A DNA stretch of 64,000 nt, from NCBI GenBank assembly GCA_012295275.1, contig CM022665.1, positions 35,898,001 to 35,962,000 on the forward strand. The letters run 5' to 3'. The position numbers and the translations under genes were made by a program. The stretch is from Chrysomallon squamiferum (Eukaryota; Animalia; Mollusca). Shown piece by piece: positions 1 to 14,430 of the stretch. The notes beneath the pieces are model-generated. The model was not told where the DNA came from, ran no database searches, and was given only the letters and a program-made list of their open reading frames with translations. The first letter of the stretch is position 1; each line of letters begins with the position of its first letter.

Positions 1-972
1 ATAAATATATAAAAACTGATAAATAAACACATGCACTCAAGCAACCACACAATCATACTTATGAACGTAGAACACAAATATGGATCACTGAAGAATGAAG
101 TCTGTTACTGTTACATACATTTAAAAATATAAGAAAATGACTACTAATGATTAATGTTTGGATTTATCAGTTTAAATACAAAATATTTAAAACACATTAA
201 TATTACATGATAAAGAAGTTATGATGAAAAATATTGTGGAATATTGTGGTAACTCCAACAACAAATGCTAACAGATAGATATTAACAGTTTAAATAAATA
301 TAATAATAAACCTGAGTTTTGCCAATCAAAATAAATAGAAAAACTCCCAAATACATATATTAGATTTATATATAGTCTCCCAGACTTAAAGTTACAAATA
401 AAGACACAGATTTAAAGGAAAAAAGAAAGAAGAAGAAAAGAAAAAATTCAATGCAATGCCAGAATGATTATGTTGATTAGTATCAAAACACTGATAAATA
501 TATATATATACACATACGCATTATTTTTGTTAACACACAACATATAATGCTTGACATGCATGCTATACAAAAATCAATAATGATGCCTGGAAAGAAAAAC
601 ATGTTGATGAAAATTGAGATTATCCTTTTATTTTTAAACAAAAAATTAACTAAACACTGGCCATAAATCAATTCATTTTCATGTTGTTGTTTTTTTTAAT
701 TATTTTATTTTCTTGATTTATTATTATTTTTTTTTTTTTTCTGGTTTGTTTTTGTGTTAAAGGTTCAGTTTGTAAATCTACAGGTAACTGCAATTTGACC
801 ACTTCACAACAAAAACTGTTTTTCAACACAGACTGATTCTGATAAAGATTTTTATCCACTAACAGGTTTGTGTCATTAAAATCAGGTTTATGTCTAACAA
901 AATTAATATATTCCAATTATTAACTAAGTAAGATAGTTTTATTTATTTGGTTATTTATTATTATAATTATAT

Positions 973-1043
<71 letters not shown>

Positions 1044-1947
1044 GTTGTTACAATTATTATTAATTCCAGTGAAATGCAGATGTTGTGGAAATGCTATTTG
1101 TAAAATTATGATTTTGGTGCAAGAATGCTTTTGACATCACGAACAGTATAATGTTTGGAAAGTGCGAATGTGAAAGAATATTTAGAGATATGGCCAAAGA
1201 AGTTTAGTATTACAGGGATTAGTTATAAACTTACCTATATATAATTTATAAATAAAAACAATAAAAAATAATAAAAACAACAATAATAATAAATTAGAAA
1301 ATAAATAAATAATACAAAAATAATTCGAATTAAAATGGCTCTTTTTAGTGCAAAAACATAGTCTTTATTTCATAAATACATTTAGAAACTGACAAAAACA
1401 AAATTTAACTAAATAATATATCTCTCTCCTTTTTCTTTTCTTTTTTCCCCCCCAAAAAATAAAAAAATTAATTACATAATAAATAAGACCAATGATTTTG
1501 TCCAGGATAACTTTAAAAAAAATAAAAATAGCAGAATTCAAATGAAATTGTGTGTATCAAGCAAAATAATAACACTCATAACAAAATGGGAAAAAGTGTT
1601 TAAACATTACACCAAGGATTCATGTGCAGTTATATATAAAAAATATTTATACCCGAATGCCTGTTCCTTGGTAAAGCTGAATAGGAATATATATTAAATA
1701 ATGAAGCAAAAAAATGAAAAAAATGAATAAAAGAAAATAGAAACAATAGAGAAAAAGGAATGTAACTTATGGCAGTTATTTAACTATTACTATCAAATTC
1801 AAGCCAAAATACCCCTGAATGGAAGCTTTATACACATATAAATTACAACAAAATGAACAAATGACAGTCCACAATGGCAACTATATATATAAGAGGTAAT
1901 GCTCAAAGAAAAAACAAAACAACATTATGATACTCAACTATTACTAG

Positions 1948-1996
<49 letters not shown>

Positions 1997-2355
1997 TGTT
2001 TAAAATTATGGTTATGGTATTGTGCTAGAAAAATTAGGCAATGTGACAATATAATACGAAATATAGTTAAATGATATTCATGCTTGCAATGACAATAAGT
2101 TAACTAGAAATAATAGATAAAAATGATTAATGTTTTATGGAATGATATTTTTCATTGAGTATGCAAAAAGCATATTTATGGTAAAGTTTATTACATTTTA
2201 AATATGTATGACAGTTGATGACATTTTGTTTTAATAATATATTTATATAAAAAAATAATTACCCCAAAATAACAATAAAACAGAAAATAAAAAATGAAAA
2301 CAAAAATTTAAAGAAAATTAAATAGTAAAAAAAGGTATAGAATTAAATATCAGAA

Positions 2356-2402
<47 letters not shown>

Positions 2403-2830
2403 TAGATACATTTTAATAAAGTACAAATAAAAAAAACCCCAAAAACTATGAAATATAAAATAAATACATTAAATAACAACAACAATAATAAAAAAATAAA
2501 ATAAATGGTAACAAAAACAAACTAAAACATTGCTATAACATAAAACAAAATGAAATAAAAAGTAAATAAAGTAAAATAAATGTAATAAATAACCTCTTCT
2601 CATAAAAAGAAATTTATAAAAAAACAAAATTTAAATGTTTGTTTTTAATGAATCTGAAAGTAATAAAACAAAACCATATAAATATAAATGAAATAATTAA
2701 ATTTCAAAAAACATAAAAAATAAAAAAACAGAAACAAAAAATATAATCTATAAAACAGCATCAATTAAAAAATATAATAATATTAATAAAGTAATTAAAA
2801 TAAGGAAATATAAATTAAAAAATATAATAC

Positions 2831-3441
2831 CTTTTCCAGTGATGCTCTCAAAGCCTGTTCATCAATATCTTTTTTCTCTATCATTTCTAATGCAATGTTG
2901 CTGACTCTAAAATTCTGAATAAATAAATAAATAAACATTAAAATATACCAACAATAATTCCAGTTCATAAAGATAAAATATTTAAATCGACAAAATTCTT
3001 CTTTGAATAGTGCATAAGAAGTGTTCATAATAATGACATATTTTTATTACTTCATTAATTAGTAGCAAAATGAAGCATGTTCCATTCTTTTCCTTTATCA
3101 GTTTAAATATATATGCTCTGTTTTAACAAAATTCAAAAAATACATATTTAAAAGTATGTACTTGTGTCAAAGTTTAAAGTGAAGGAATTATAACATACAG
3201 TTTACAATTTTTTACTTTTTAAACATATTTATCAGTGTTCTTTTCTTTTTATTTTTGAAAAATCAACACACCACATCTTTATAGCTATCATTGTCAGAGT
3301 TACTGCTGCTACTTTCTTTGTCACTGTTAGCTTCGGAATCCTGAAAATATACAGTTATATTTTTTGTTAAATTTTTTTTTGTAAAAAGACTGATTTGATT
3401 AGACCAAGAATACAAATGTTATTCCATAGTAATTAAATATC

Positions 3442-3472
<31 letters not shown>

Positions 3473-6400
3473 AAATTGAGTATATAGGAAACCAAAGATG
3501 AAATCCTTTTTAGAAATGCTATATATATATTTTTTTTTTTTTAAAAAAAAAAAGAAAAAGAGAGATGTTAAAAAGCAGACTTGGTTGTGCATATGTCTGG
3601 GAATATTTATTTCATTACATTTGATTCTGGGTTAGTATCTGTAATTGCAAACAATTATGAGTGAAATAATTTTCTGTATATTATATAATGAATTAATACC
3701 ATACTCATCAAAACAATAAAAAAAATAATAAAAATAAAAAAAAAATAAATAAATAAATGAATAAATAAATAAATGAATAAATAAAAATAGTTTTTTAATA
3801 TTAAAGAATAAATAAATGATAACAATAAATAATAAAAAAAATTAATAAATAAAATGAAATTAATAAATAAGGATAAAAAATATATATATTACAAAAGTAT
3901 ACCTTGTATTTCATATCCTAAGTAATAAAAATAAAACAAAACAAATAATAAAAAATAAAACATTTTAAAAGTATACCACATACTTCATATCCTAACTCTG
4001 CTATATCTTGTGCTTCAATGTCAAATATTCTTCTGTGTCTCTCATCTGAATGAACCTGGGGTAAAATAATATTTAAACACTTGTTTAAACTATTTCTTCT
4101 CAGCTTTGCAAACTGATATAACAAAAACTTGTGAAATAACATCATTCATTTAGTGTGCAGCATGAATAAAATAAAAAGATTTAATTAATCTGTATAATTA
4201 TGTTTAAAATGTACATTATGATTAGCATTCATGTTTAAATTGTCCTTCATGACTAATTATAATTTAACAATATGATAAAGTATTCATCCATTTAGCAGCT
4301 GTATTTAAATATAGTTTATGGATTGTCGTAATATTTCAGTTTATCTAAAATACAATTATGCTTAACAGTTATAGTAAGATACACAATTAAAATACAGATT
4401 TATTATTAAAATAACAAAGTCACTTTACAGGAAAACAGTTAATTTCAGATTGCTTAATAAAAATCAAATATCTTGTACACTTGGTAATCAAAAAAATATT
4501 TTTAATGGAAAATGAACTCATAACAGATTTCAATAAAGTGTTCTCAAAATATAATTTAAAAAAAAAAGATTTCTAAATTAAATATTCTTTCATAATACAT
4601 GTTATGTAAGGAGGGGTTTGTGAGCACATAAATGGTTTAATCCAAATTCTTTATTCCATAAAGGTTTTAATTGCCATTTTCAGTATTATGGGAATTTCTG
4701 ATAATAATTTTATTAATTATCCTTTGTACATTTCAACTAATTAAGATATAAAATACACCATTAGAATATATCTAGTTCTAAGTATCCATTATCATCTCTG
4801 ATTATATTATAAATTATGTTGATAATTAAATAAACCATTATAAAAAGACAAAGATTAATGATCAGTCAGTTACATTAGGTATCAGTTTATCATGCTAAAT
4901 CTACCTTTTCATTAGCCTCAAAAATAAAGCTGAATCATAGTATGAATAGGTCACCTCAACATATTTCAAATTATGTGTCATTATAAAAAAATATAAAATA
5001 AAAATAAATAATCCAGTATTATAATGATGATAATAAAATCTATCAAACTGACTGAACTTAATTTGCTATTCATGACATAGTCTACAGCATATAAAGGTGT
5101 TTACATTAAATACATTATAAAAAAAATAATTATTAAAAGCTGGAGTGTACAGACATAAAAAATATTTCACAGAGAATTATAAAAAGAATTTTCAGCTAAA
5201 TTACAGAATATAGAAAGTTGAAATAATACTAGTTCAAGAAACAAAATGCTGGGTTTTGTTATATTGTTTATATGATATTTAAACAACTGTGCAAGTGTAG
5301 ATAATAATCATTATATACAGTGTACTGGTTTTGATGAAATACAATGGTTATATACACTGTGCAAGTTAAGATGATATACACAATGCAGGCCTTTATTAAA
5401 CACAAAATGGAAACAATATGCTGGTTACCCTGAATTCAGTGCAGGCTTAGATGAGATACAGGTGGTTATACAGATTTTGCAGGCTACATGAAATAAATGG
5501 TTAGCACATACATTAGCATATAAGACAGTTATGACTCCTCTTATTTTCACTTAAAATTAGGTTTTCATTATCCCAGGTACGACACTTACTGCTGAGAAGT
5601 TTCTGCCCCCAAAGTCCTTTACTAACTGCCCACTGATCAGTATAATGCTGTCAAGTACAATACAAAACAAGTCTTAGTTATTTAAAATTATCAGTTTTAA
5701 GTTCAGCTAGAAAATTATTTAGTAGTAGGACCATGTGAGTTATATAATTCTTTTATATAATTCTTCACTGTCACAGAGCAGTTTAAACCATAGTATATTA
5801 GTTTTGCGTTTTATACTTGGTATAAAAAAAAAAAAACGTCCAGTTTCAAGGTGACATCTGCATGGTTAAAATATGTCTTATATGCCGATATTATATATAT
5901 GTAGTGCAAATTAGAAGAAATACTATGGAAAAGGGTTAAATGACGTGCAAAAGTGTCAGATATAGAAACTTGAGTAAGACTAATAATTTGTGCAGGCTTA
6001 GATAAAACAGTGTTTACATATATTTTATGCAGATTAAAATATATTATTAAAGTTTATATATGAATATGCATGCGATATAAACATGATGGCAATATACATG
6101 TAGTTTGAAATACAGAGGTTATATATAATGTGTTTGTTAGACAAAACACTGGTAACATACAAGTATCTTGAAAGACAATGGTTATATATAATATGTTTGT
6201 TAGACAAAACACTGGTTGTATACAATGTGCTTGTTAGATGAAACAGTGGTAATATATAACTACCTTGAAATACAGTGGTTATATACAATGTACTTGTTAG
6301 ATAAAACACTGGCAATATACAAGTATCTTGAAATACAGTGGTTATATACAATGTGCAAGTTAATTAAAACACTGGTAACATACAAGTACCTCATGTTCTA

Positions 6401-8989
6401 GATCTGTGGAGTATATGGGAAGACTCATACTGCTTGTGATATTCATACTCTTGTTTGACTGCATTGACCCAGTGGTAGTGTTCATACTAGATCGCATCTA
6501 AGGGAGCACAAACATAACATCTTAAATATTTCCTCAACGTTAATTTAAAAGTTAGACATATTTTTTGCAATAATATTATAAACAATTTCTTTTCATTTAT
6601 GTGTCAGCAGTATATACTTTTTAAGAATTATAAACAATCCCATTGTATATATCTGTTAGTTTTACACAGTTTTGTGCAATAATAATTCTTCACATTACTG
6701 TATGATATAAATATATTTTTTCAATTAGAGAGAATTCATTTGAAATAATCTATCAAGAATATACAACTTCATAACATAATAAATAATTCCTTTGTAAGTA
6801 ATAAACACTTTTTTATTAGTTCAAAGTAATAAAGTTCTTTATTCATGCTTTACAAAATGAACAAATTACTGTAGCAAAAAAATATATATTAATAATAACA
6901 GAAAAAATTTATTCACATTTTGTAAATTTTTTTATTACATTTATCTTGTAAAGAATACAAGAATCCTGTACAGTTTTATTTCTAAATATGAAAATAATAG
7001 TAATAATAATAAAATTTTAAAAATAAAATTTAAAACATTACGAATTTAATTACAGAAATACAAAGTGTCAGGGATGTTATAACAATTTATAATTTTGGAA
7101 ACATTTTTTTATTTTTCCTCCTGTAAGAATTCAAGTTCCTGACTTTTGGCTTATTCAGTCTGTTAAGTAAAACATTAGTGCCATGTCTTACTGGCTGACT
7201 TGACGTCACTGAACCTCGCACAGGTCCTAGATTAGTTGAGGCTGCCAAACCATCTGACTTCAGTGGAGCTAACATCCCTCCATGATGTACTGTTGGAGTG
7301 CCTTTACTCTGTTCAGCTTTCAGTGGCCCCAACTGCTGTAATAAAATGTTTAAATATATACACACCTACACACACGTGTGTGTGTGTGTGTATGTGTGCC
7401 TATGAATGTATTATGTGTGTGTATCTACAGCTGCATCACCAGTTGACAGAAAAATAAACACTGAACAAAATGAAAGAAATATAACTGAATAGCTGAATCC
7501 ATGAACTGAAAACTAATGCACATAATTACTCCGTTTTATTTAACTTTAAAATTAATTAATGTTATTGCAATTAAAGATTCTTTAAATCATTTTCTTAAGT
7601 ATTCACAATCTGGTCTGAAAAATGTATCAATTTAAAACATTTCAATATCATGTTTACTAATAAATCTGATATCAGTGCACAAGGAGAAAGATTATACTAA
7701 TTTTCTGAGAATGACATTTGTGATAATAAAATGAAAATGTGCAGTATTTCAGAATTTAAATCATATTATAAAATATAAACCTTTAAATTTTGAGTTTTAT
7801 CAGCTTTCTCCTTTTTTTTCCGAACATCTTTTTTGCCTGGAACTAAAAAAAAAAAAATATATATAAATTAAAAGAAAATTAAAAGAAAAATAATTTAAAA
7901 AATAAATAAATGAAAAACATCAAAATTATTTCAATGCCAGAGCAAAAGAAATGTATCTTCATTTTTCACTTACCTGTTAATAAAAATAACAGATTAAAAA
8001 GAAAATCTACAAACACTAGATAACTTCTTAACATTCATACATTTAAAATTTTATGACATAATTCAATAAACAAACACTTAATAGATTATATTCTAGCTTA
8101 AGGAAATACAACTTTGAGACACAATTATTTACCTGTTTTATTCTGTGCCATTTTACGTCTTTCTTCATTAACCATAGTTTTATAAAACTCATCACAGGGA
8201 TGATCCCATGTGCTTTCTCCAGTTGAAAAATTGAAGTAATAGATATCACCACTGGGGTCTTGGCTGAAATGTGCAACAGTAAAACAAAATAAATTTCATT
8301 ATTATATGAAGCAGCTTTTTTTTTTAAATGCTTGAAATTACTATTGACAACAGGTAAATATATGACAGTGATATATATAAAGAGATAAAGAGTCTTCATT
8401 AGTTTTAGTAATATAATTCTAAGCTTAACATAACTATTATTCATTTTTATGAACTATGAGATAAACTTTACCATGGTTTCCAGTTGTCTGGTAGAGGAGC
8501 ATTGAAGCCTTCTCTTGCAATCCATAAAAAATGTGGTTCATTTTCTGGATCGATGCCAAGAACCCGAGCATATTCAAGAATCTCTGTGTTAAATAAGTTA
8601 AATTCATAGACATATAAATACAGACATATATAATTATATATTAATTACTGTCTCAATGTCTAACATGTACCTAACTGAAAATACAGATGTGTTTTTTTCT
8701 TTAATTTGTGAATTTAAGAACTTGACAATTTGTAAAAAATCTAAATCTGCATTAGATGTTATAAGCATGTTGAAATGATATAATTACTTTGTAGATTATA
8801 TTTTAACAAGAAATATTCCAAACAGCACATTAAAGAGGATTTACCACTCATCTATAAATGTTATTGATGAAGGCCTCTAAGAAATACTTGAATATACTAA
8901 CCTTCTTCAGTGGGTTGATAATTTTCATCATAATCCTCCTCTAGAATTATCTGATCATTTATGATCATCTTGCCAGCATTAAATGCCAT
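2831..8989 (-). CDS. CEP164: Centrosomal protein of 164 kDa, 5' part including the WW domain; the gene presumably continues beyond the left edge
   Basis: Phase-compatible GT-AG exons: 8989-8902 ([29 protein letters not shown]), 8583-8472 ([38 protein letters not shown]), 8263-8133 ([37 protein letters not shown]..., WW domain), 7842-7781, 7335-7192, 6497-6390, 4055-3984, 3340-3272, 2914-2831. The LEEDYDENY / IAREG / WKPC / YYFNF / WDHPCD motifs are the CEP164 N-terminus. No further exon was identified between 1 and 2830. Confidence 0.92.
5990..6389. repeat. Intronic minisatellite, ~31-bp unit in ~62-bp pairs, abutting a CEP164 splice donor
   Basis: Repeated gtttgttagacaaaacactggtaacatacaa / gtatcttgaaatacagtggttatatacaat. 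More degenerate copies lie at ~5260-5510. Confidence 0.85.
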
Positions 8990-9459
8990 GATGGTATTCA
9001 AATTTCTGTATTATTATTGGTTTTTGTTGTTTTGGGTTTCTTACTTTTGTTTGTTTGTTGAGACTTCCTGAAATATATAGTTAAACATGGATAGTCAAAC
9101 ACAGTATTAACAGAAAAAGTTTAGTTCATTATAACAGAATAGGCAAAATGTATACTGTCAATATCAATTTCAATAAATTCTTATTTCAACTGTCAATGTT
9201 CTAATTGTTATATTACCGTGACCTCTTTCACTTTCAGTGCAAGGAAGTACCTTAGATTTTACAGTTTTATTGTCTAACAAATTATCATTGATAAACATCT
9301 AGTAGGATGATATTATAAGAATGTCAGTGTCACTATGACAGAAATGCAAATATCGCCGAATTATGCGAATGTGTTCAAGCCTGTCGCGATGAAAGAAACT
9401 ATTGCACTGTGCAAAACACTATTACAATGCAACTTTGTTGCTAAAAATATTAATTTTAC

Positions 9460-9700
9460 CTTAGTTAACTCATTCAGTTATATCATTATTCCAAGGAAAT
9501 ATAGCGCACAGTATCTGCATAAAATGAGAATACGTTCTCTCACTTCGTCGCGATTGTCAACAAATGCACGCCATTTTGTTTCTAGCAAAGCATATCGGGA
9601 TAAACCGGAAACCGTCCATGGCCATGGAGCTCTAGCCAACAACAATTCTAAATTTAGGACCTCACTATTAGACCGGATACGTTCGAATAATTGCTTGCTA
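9460..9700 (-). promoter_or_regulatory. Probable CEP164 promoter and non-coding first exon
   Basis: Locally CpG-rich patch. Minus-strand donor AAG|GTAAAA at 9460 pairs with the acceptor at 9067/9068 upstream of the ATG. YY1-like GCCATTTT near 9570 and ETS-like CCGGAA near 9605. Confidence 0.55.
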
Positions 9701-10310
9701 GATATTTGACCAAATAAAATGTATTGGTATTTGAATACGTTTGCTAAGCAGATGTAATTTTATTTATTTATTTATTTTTTATTAATATTGTTTTAATTTG
9801 AACATATTAATTTTTAACAATGACAAAATGCATAAAGCCAACAGAAACTGTACAATAATCTTGAATCACACACACCAGCGCGCTAACAAACACTCGAGTT
9901 CAGCACTTGTTTATAAAAAAAATATACATTTTGGGTTTTAACCCCTTACACCGTTACAATTATTTATAACTGGGGTAAAAAAAACAACAACCCCAAAACA
10001 ACAAACAAACAAAAAACAACACTGAAAATAGATATATGAGTCAATTAGTTTACTATTTTTGTTTGATTAAAATAAAGGAAAAGAACTTACACGTAGTTTG
10101 CTGTTTATTTAAGTGTCAAATGAAAATATACCCTTAAAAAAGTACTGGCATAAAATATACTGTCGTCTACATATAGCATGACATGTTCATAATTATTAGA
10201 AAACTATATACGAGTAATAGGTGTATAAAATTAAAATGTGATAAAATTCATCAACATTAAACTTTAACAAATGAATAAAATATTGATTAATTAATTATTT
10301 AATTATTTAA

Positions 10311-10382
<72 letters not shown>

Positions 10383-11124
10383 CTGGCTCAAAGTACTGAC
10401 GGCAACCACAATCATACCTAAAACATATTTAGCTTCACCAGCTTTAACAGGGAAAATAAAAACGGTTACTTATTTAAGGGGATTGGAGATCTCTTATATC
10501 TTCACGATTCAAGTAACAGCGGGTTTCCTGCTTTAAATAAAGATAAACCTTTGCTGCCTGATTTTGGAATTATTGTATTATGTATATAAACTATATGTTC
10601 CACGATCGACTTATGAATACTAATGATTACGACAGTCAATGTTAAACCAGAGGTAACTATTGTTAGTAGATTAGTCGAAGAAAATGACTGTGTTTTATTT
10701 ATTTATTATTATTGTTATTTTTATTATTAGAATAACAACAACAACAGAAGTAATAGTAGCAGCAACATCGAAAGAAGCAGCAGCCGCAGTAACAGTAGTA
10801 GTAGGAGGAGGAGAAGAAGTAATTTAATATCTAAATATTTTACTCTACAACAAATATTTATTTAAAAATGTATAATATTATCAACACACATTCAATCACA
10901 AAAACTGAGGGAGGCTACATATCTTTTCTTTTCTTCTTATCCCCCCCCCCGAAAGAGCTGGCTAATCGAAAGATATGCTTCGCATCTACTTTCTATTCAA
11001 GTTATATTACTGTTTTATGCGCTGTTACTTTGTTACTAACTCGGAGACAGGCATGGTTGACCGATCAGGCTTAACGAGGATCAATTCCTTTTCTCGGGTT
11101 AAGATTTTATTTATAATAAATTAA

Positions 11125-11156
<32 letters not shown>

Positions 11157-11596
11157 CTGGCAGTACGAACTGGCTCAAAATATAATGTTCTTTCGTCTTC
11201 ATTATTCATAAATACAATGAATATTTCAGTAAAACAAATACATAATTGATTTATATAAAGCAAGCATATTTGATGGGGTTTTATTTTTTATATATCTATT
11301 GGACCGAATAACATCCACAACAGCAACAAAAATACATTTATCTTCGGCAGTTTTAACAAGAAAAATAAAAACGTATTCTTTATGTAGATGACAAAGGCCG
11401 AATTATTCAGTCAAAGAAAGAGTTAGCATCGATTACATACATTATCGATTCGAACTGAGTGTTGTCCGTAACGATTGCATAATATAAATAGCTTGAGAAT
11501 TTCAGAAACAGTTCTATATCAATAACGTTACTTGTATTATTAATGAACATAATAATAAACCTCTTCAAATTTCTCATCAGCAGATCATTATATTGA

Positions 11597-11711
<115 letters not shown>

Positions 11712-12238
11712 ATAAGGGTACCATAACATCTGGCAGCATCTAACTCTACCTCTCTCTGTCTATAAATACATGGGTATGGGTTTTGGTGTGTGTATGTGGG
11801 AGTGTGTATGTGGGTTTTTTTTACCACTTAACTATGTCAACAGTATCCGCCATGCTTCACTTCATCCATGAGTTAATATCATATATAAAAATAGGCCTAG
11901 CACATGTTACATTCATATCCAGTGTCTGCTTCGTTTATTAACGCTAGGATGCACTAAGTACACCCCAATTAATTAAGTGTATTTTTTTATATAATTATGA
12001 TAGATTCTGGAAATTCTAGATGTAGTTATTTAACTTTTTACGAACAGTGAATCTTCTTGATCAACTTTTAAAAAATAGACAGTATATAATGTGTTTTTCG
12101 AGTGCATTTGTATACATTTCGATATGAATGTATTTATCCAGTCTATATCATAAAGTTGCTTCTTGCCCTGTAATAATGTTATTTTAGAACATAATTGGCT
12201 CTGAACAAGTGTGTGTGCGCATGCGTGTGTACGTATCC

Positions 12239-12277
<39 letters not shown>

Positions 12278-12663
12278 AACAAGCACTGAAAAATGTGTGT
12301 GTATCTGGTTAAGTATGTTATGAATGTCGAAAGAGCGTGATCCAGTATTACTTTCGAAAGGCTAAAATTTGGATGCACTCTGCAGCGATTCGAGAATATT
12401 TGTTCTTCTGGTTGGAAACTAATCGTTAGTTAATCTGCAAGTTTATGTAACATTTTTATTCACCTTTTAGACATTAACTGTGTTTATTAAATTTACTGTG
12501 TATTTCGTTTATTCTTATGACTTACATTTAAACAATACATTTAAAACCAAGTCGTTATCATTGTTTCATCTCAACTTCATACAAAACTTCCAAAGTTACT
12601 GAATTATGGTCAAAGTACTCTACAAATTCAATAAAATATTTTTCATCGGAAAAATACACATTT

Positions 12664-12698
<35 letters not shown>

Positions 12699-12702
12699 TA
12701 TT

Positions 12703-12740
<38 letters not shown>

Positions 12741-12779
12741 TCTTATTATTATAATTATCGTTGTTGTAGAAGTAGTTAA

Positions 12780-12999
12780 ATGCGAAACTGACTTGTCCTG
12801 ACCTCGTCATATTCAAGATGCGGGGTCAACAACCGCTGGTTGATTTTTTTTTTTCGTACGTTGCTTTTCTTCTTCTTTTTTATTACTATTATTTTTTTTT
12901 TTTATGTTAATTAATATGTTAAGTTGTCTCCCTTGATTTTGCAGTCGTTTATTTTTATCATCGAGTTGTTGATTTGTGTTTACGCAGCTGTACGTAAAG
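12780..12999 (+). promoter_or_regulatory. Possible promoter and non-coding first exon of the sulfurtransferase gene
   Basis: CpG-containing patch ending in a strong donor AAAG|GTGAGT at 12999. The ATG exon has an acceptor (tttttaaag|) at 15275, so an upstream UTR exon is expected. Confidence 0.4.
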
Positions 13000-13655
13000 G
13001 TGAGTTTTACAGGCACTCGAAACAAACAAATAGTAACAAATAAAAATGTTGTTCGTTAGAGAGATGTTTTGCTATCTGTATTTTGACAGTATTTGTTTTA
13101 TTTTTAATTCAACATGTTTACATTTTCTTTCAGCTTTTAGTAATTACGATTAATTATTAATTTTTCATACTGTACAGGCTACAGTGTAGTGTAATTTGAA
13201 AAGTAATGTGTTAAATTAATTCACATTTTGTTGTTAGAAATATTTCCGAAAATGAATTACATAATTTATTTTATTATTATTATTATTATTTAATATATAT
13301 ATATTTGTTTTTTACATTAGTAATTTCTGAATGATACGATTTTCCCATGACACATCAAAAATGTTATAGAACACTTAATATGAAATGTGGAGTTAAGACC
13401 TTTTTTTTTTTTTTAAGTTAAGTTTTGCATTAAAATTAAAGAAGAAAGAATAACAGGAAAAAGTGTTTTTATATATCAGTATTTACCAAATTTAATCAAA
13501 CGTGTTGCATTAATATAATTGTCAATTTTAAAAAACAGGCACTTAAAATTTGTGTTATGTGGATTGCAGCAATTACTAATTTAATGTTTATGGCCATCAA
13601 AAACTCATTTAAAATCAAATAAAAATTGGAAAATAAGAAAAGTTGCTAGTATGTG

Positions 13656-13687
<32 letters not shown>

Positions 13688-13964
13688 AAATAAAATAATA
13701 TATATATTATTAATTCATTTAAAACTCTTTTATATCAGCATATTTCATCAGTTACTGTTGTATTAATATATATTCAAATACCAAACAACTAAAAAATATA
13801 GAACTGTGTGTGTGTTTGTGACTGTATAAGATATGTATATTTTCTTGAAATCAAGAAATTATTTATTTATGCAGTCAGTATTTTATTTATCAGTTGTTGT
13901 AACTAACATGCTTCATACATAACTTCAGTATGAATATCCTTGCAAGTTCTAGGAGATGAAATTA

Positions 13965-14020
13965 GCTGCTGCCACATGATGGGCTGAACTTTCCTGATTA
14001 GCAGCAAATGATCTTAGATA
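13965..14020 (-). mobile_element. MetaSINE-like core fragment
   Basis: gctgccacatgatgggctgaactttcctgattagcagcaaatgatctt resembles the Meta-domain core as recalled from mollusc SINEs (gccacatgggctactctttccgattagcagcaagggatct). Not database-checked. Confidence 0.5.
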
Positions 14021-14419
14021 AATCAGTGTTGGGACATTGGTTTGAATGAACACTGAACAAAATGAAAGAAAAATAGGAAATGTAATGGATGCACTGAAGA
14101 GAATCCTCAACTGTTTGTTCATTTCTGCATCCTGACATTCTGAATAAATTATTGCCAAGTTTATAATTATTTATATCAGCAAAAGATACAATTGTCATCA
14201 TCATTATCATCATCATAATTATAAGTATCATCATCATCATTATTATTATTATTACTATTATTATCATTATTATCATTATATTTTTTTATCACTATTATTA
14301 CTGTTATTATTATTATTACTATTACTGTTATTATAGTTATTATTATTACTATCATGATCATCTATATTATTATTTTTATTCAGATAATATTTACATATTT
14401 TCTGAGTTAAAACTGTAAC

Positions 14420-14430
14420 TGCTGAGTCAC
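14420..14430 (-). promoter_or_regulatory. Perfect antioxidant response element (Nrf2/CncC-sMaf site)
   Basis: TGCTGAGTCAC (reverse complement GTGACTCAGCA), about 850 bp upstream of the sulfurtransferase ATG, in a locally GC-richer patch. Confidence 0.45.

Noticed and set aside
668-916. 82-aa minus-strand ORF as the next CEP164 exon
   Set aside because: The nearest acceptor gives a stop in the required phase 0, and the ORF ends in low-complexity A-rich sequence. It cannot be supported.
7457-7479. 23-nt exact match (aacactgaacaaaatgaaagaaa) with 14049-14071
   Set aside because: It is A-rich, short and has no extended flanking homology. It is probably chance or a tiny repeat relic.
9575-9645. 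RFX X-box in the CEP164 promoter (expected for a ciliary gene)
   Set aside because: Only imperfect matches are present (GTTTCTAGCAAA, GTCCATGGCCATGG), which is not enough to call.
9335-9709. 124-aa plus-strand ORF
   Set aside because: It has no recognisable motif and overlaps the CEP164 promoter and first exon in antisense, so it is likely incidental to higher GC.
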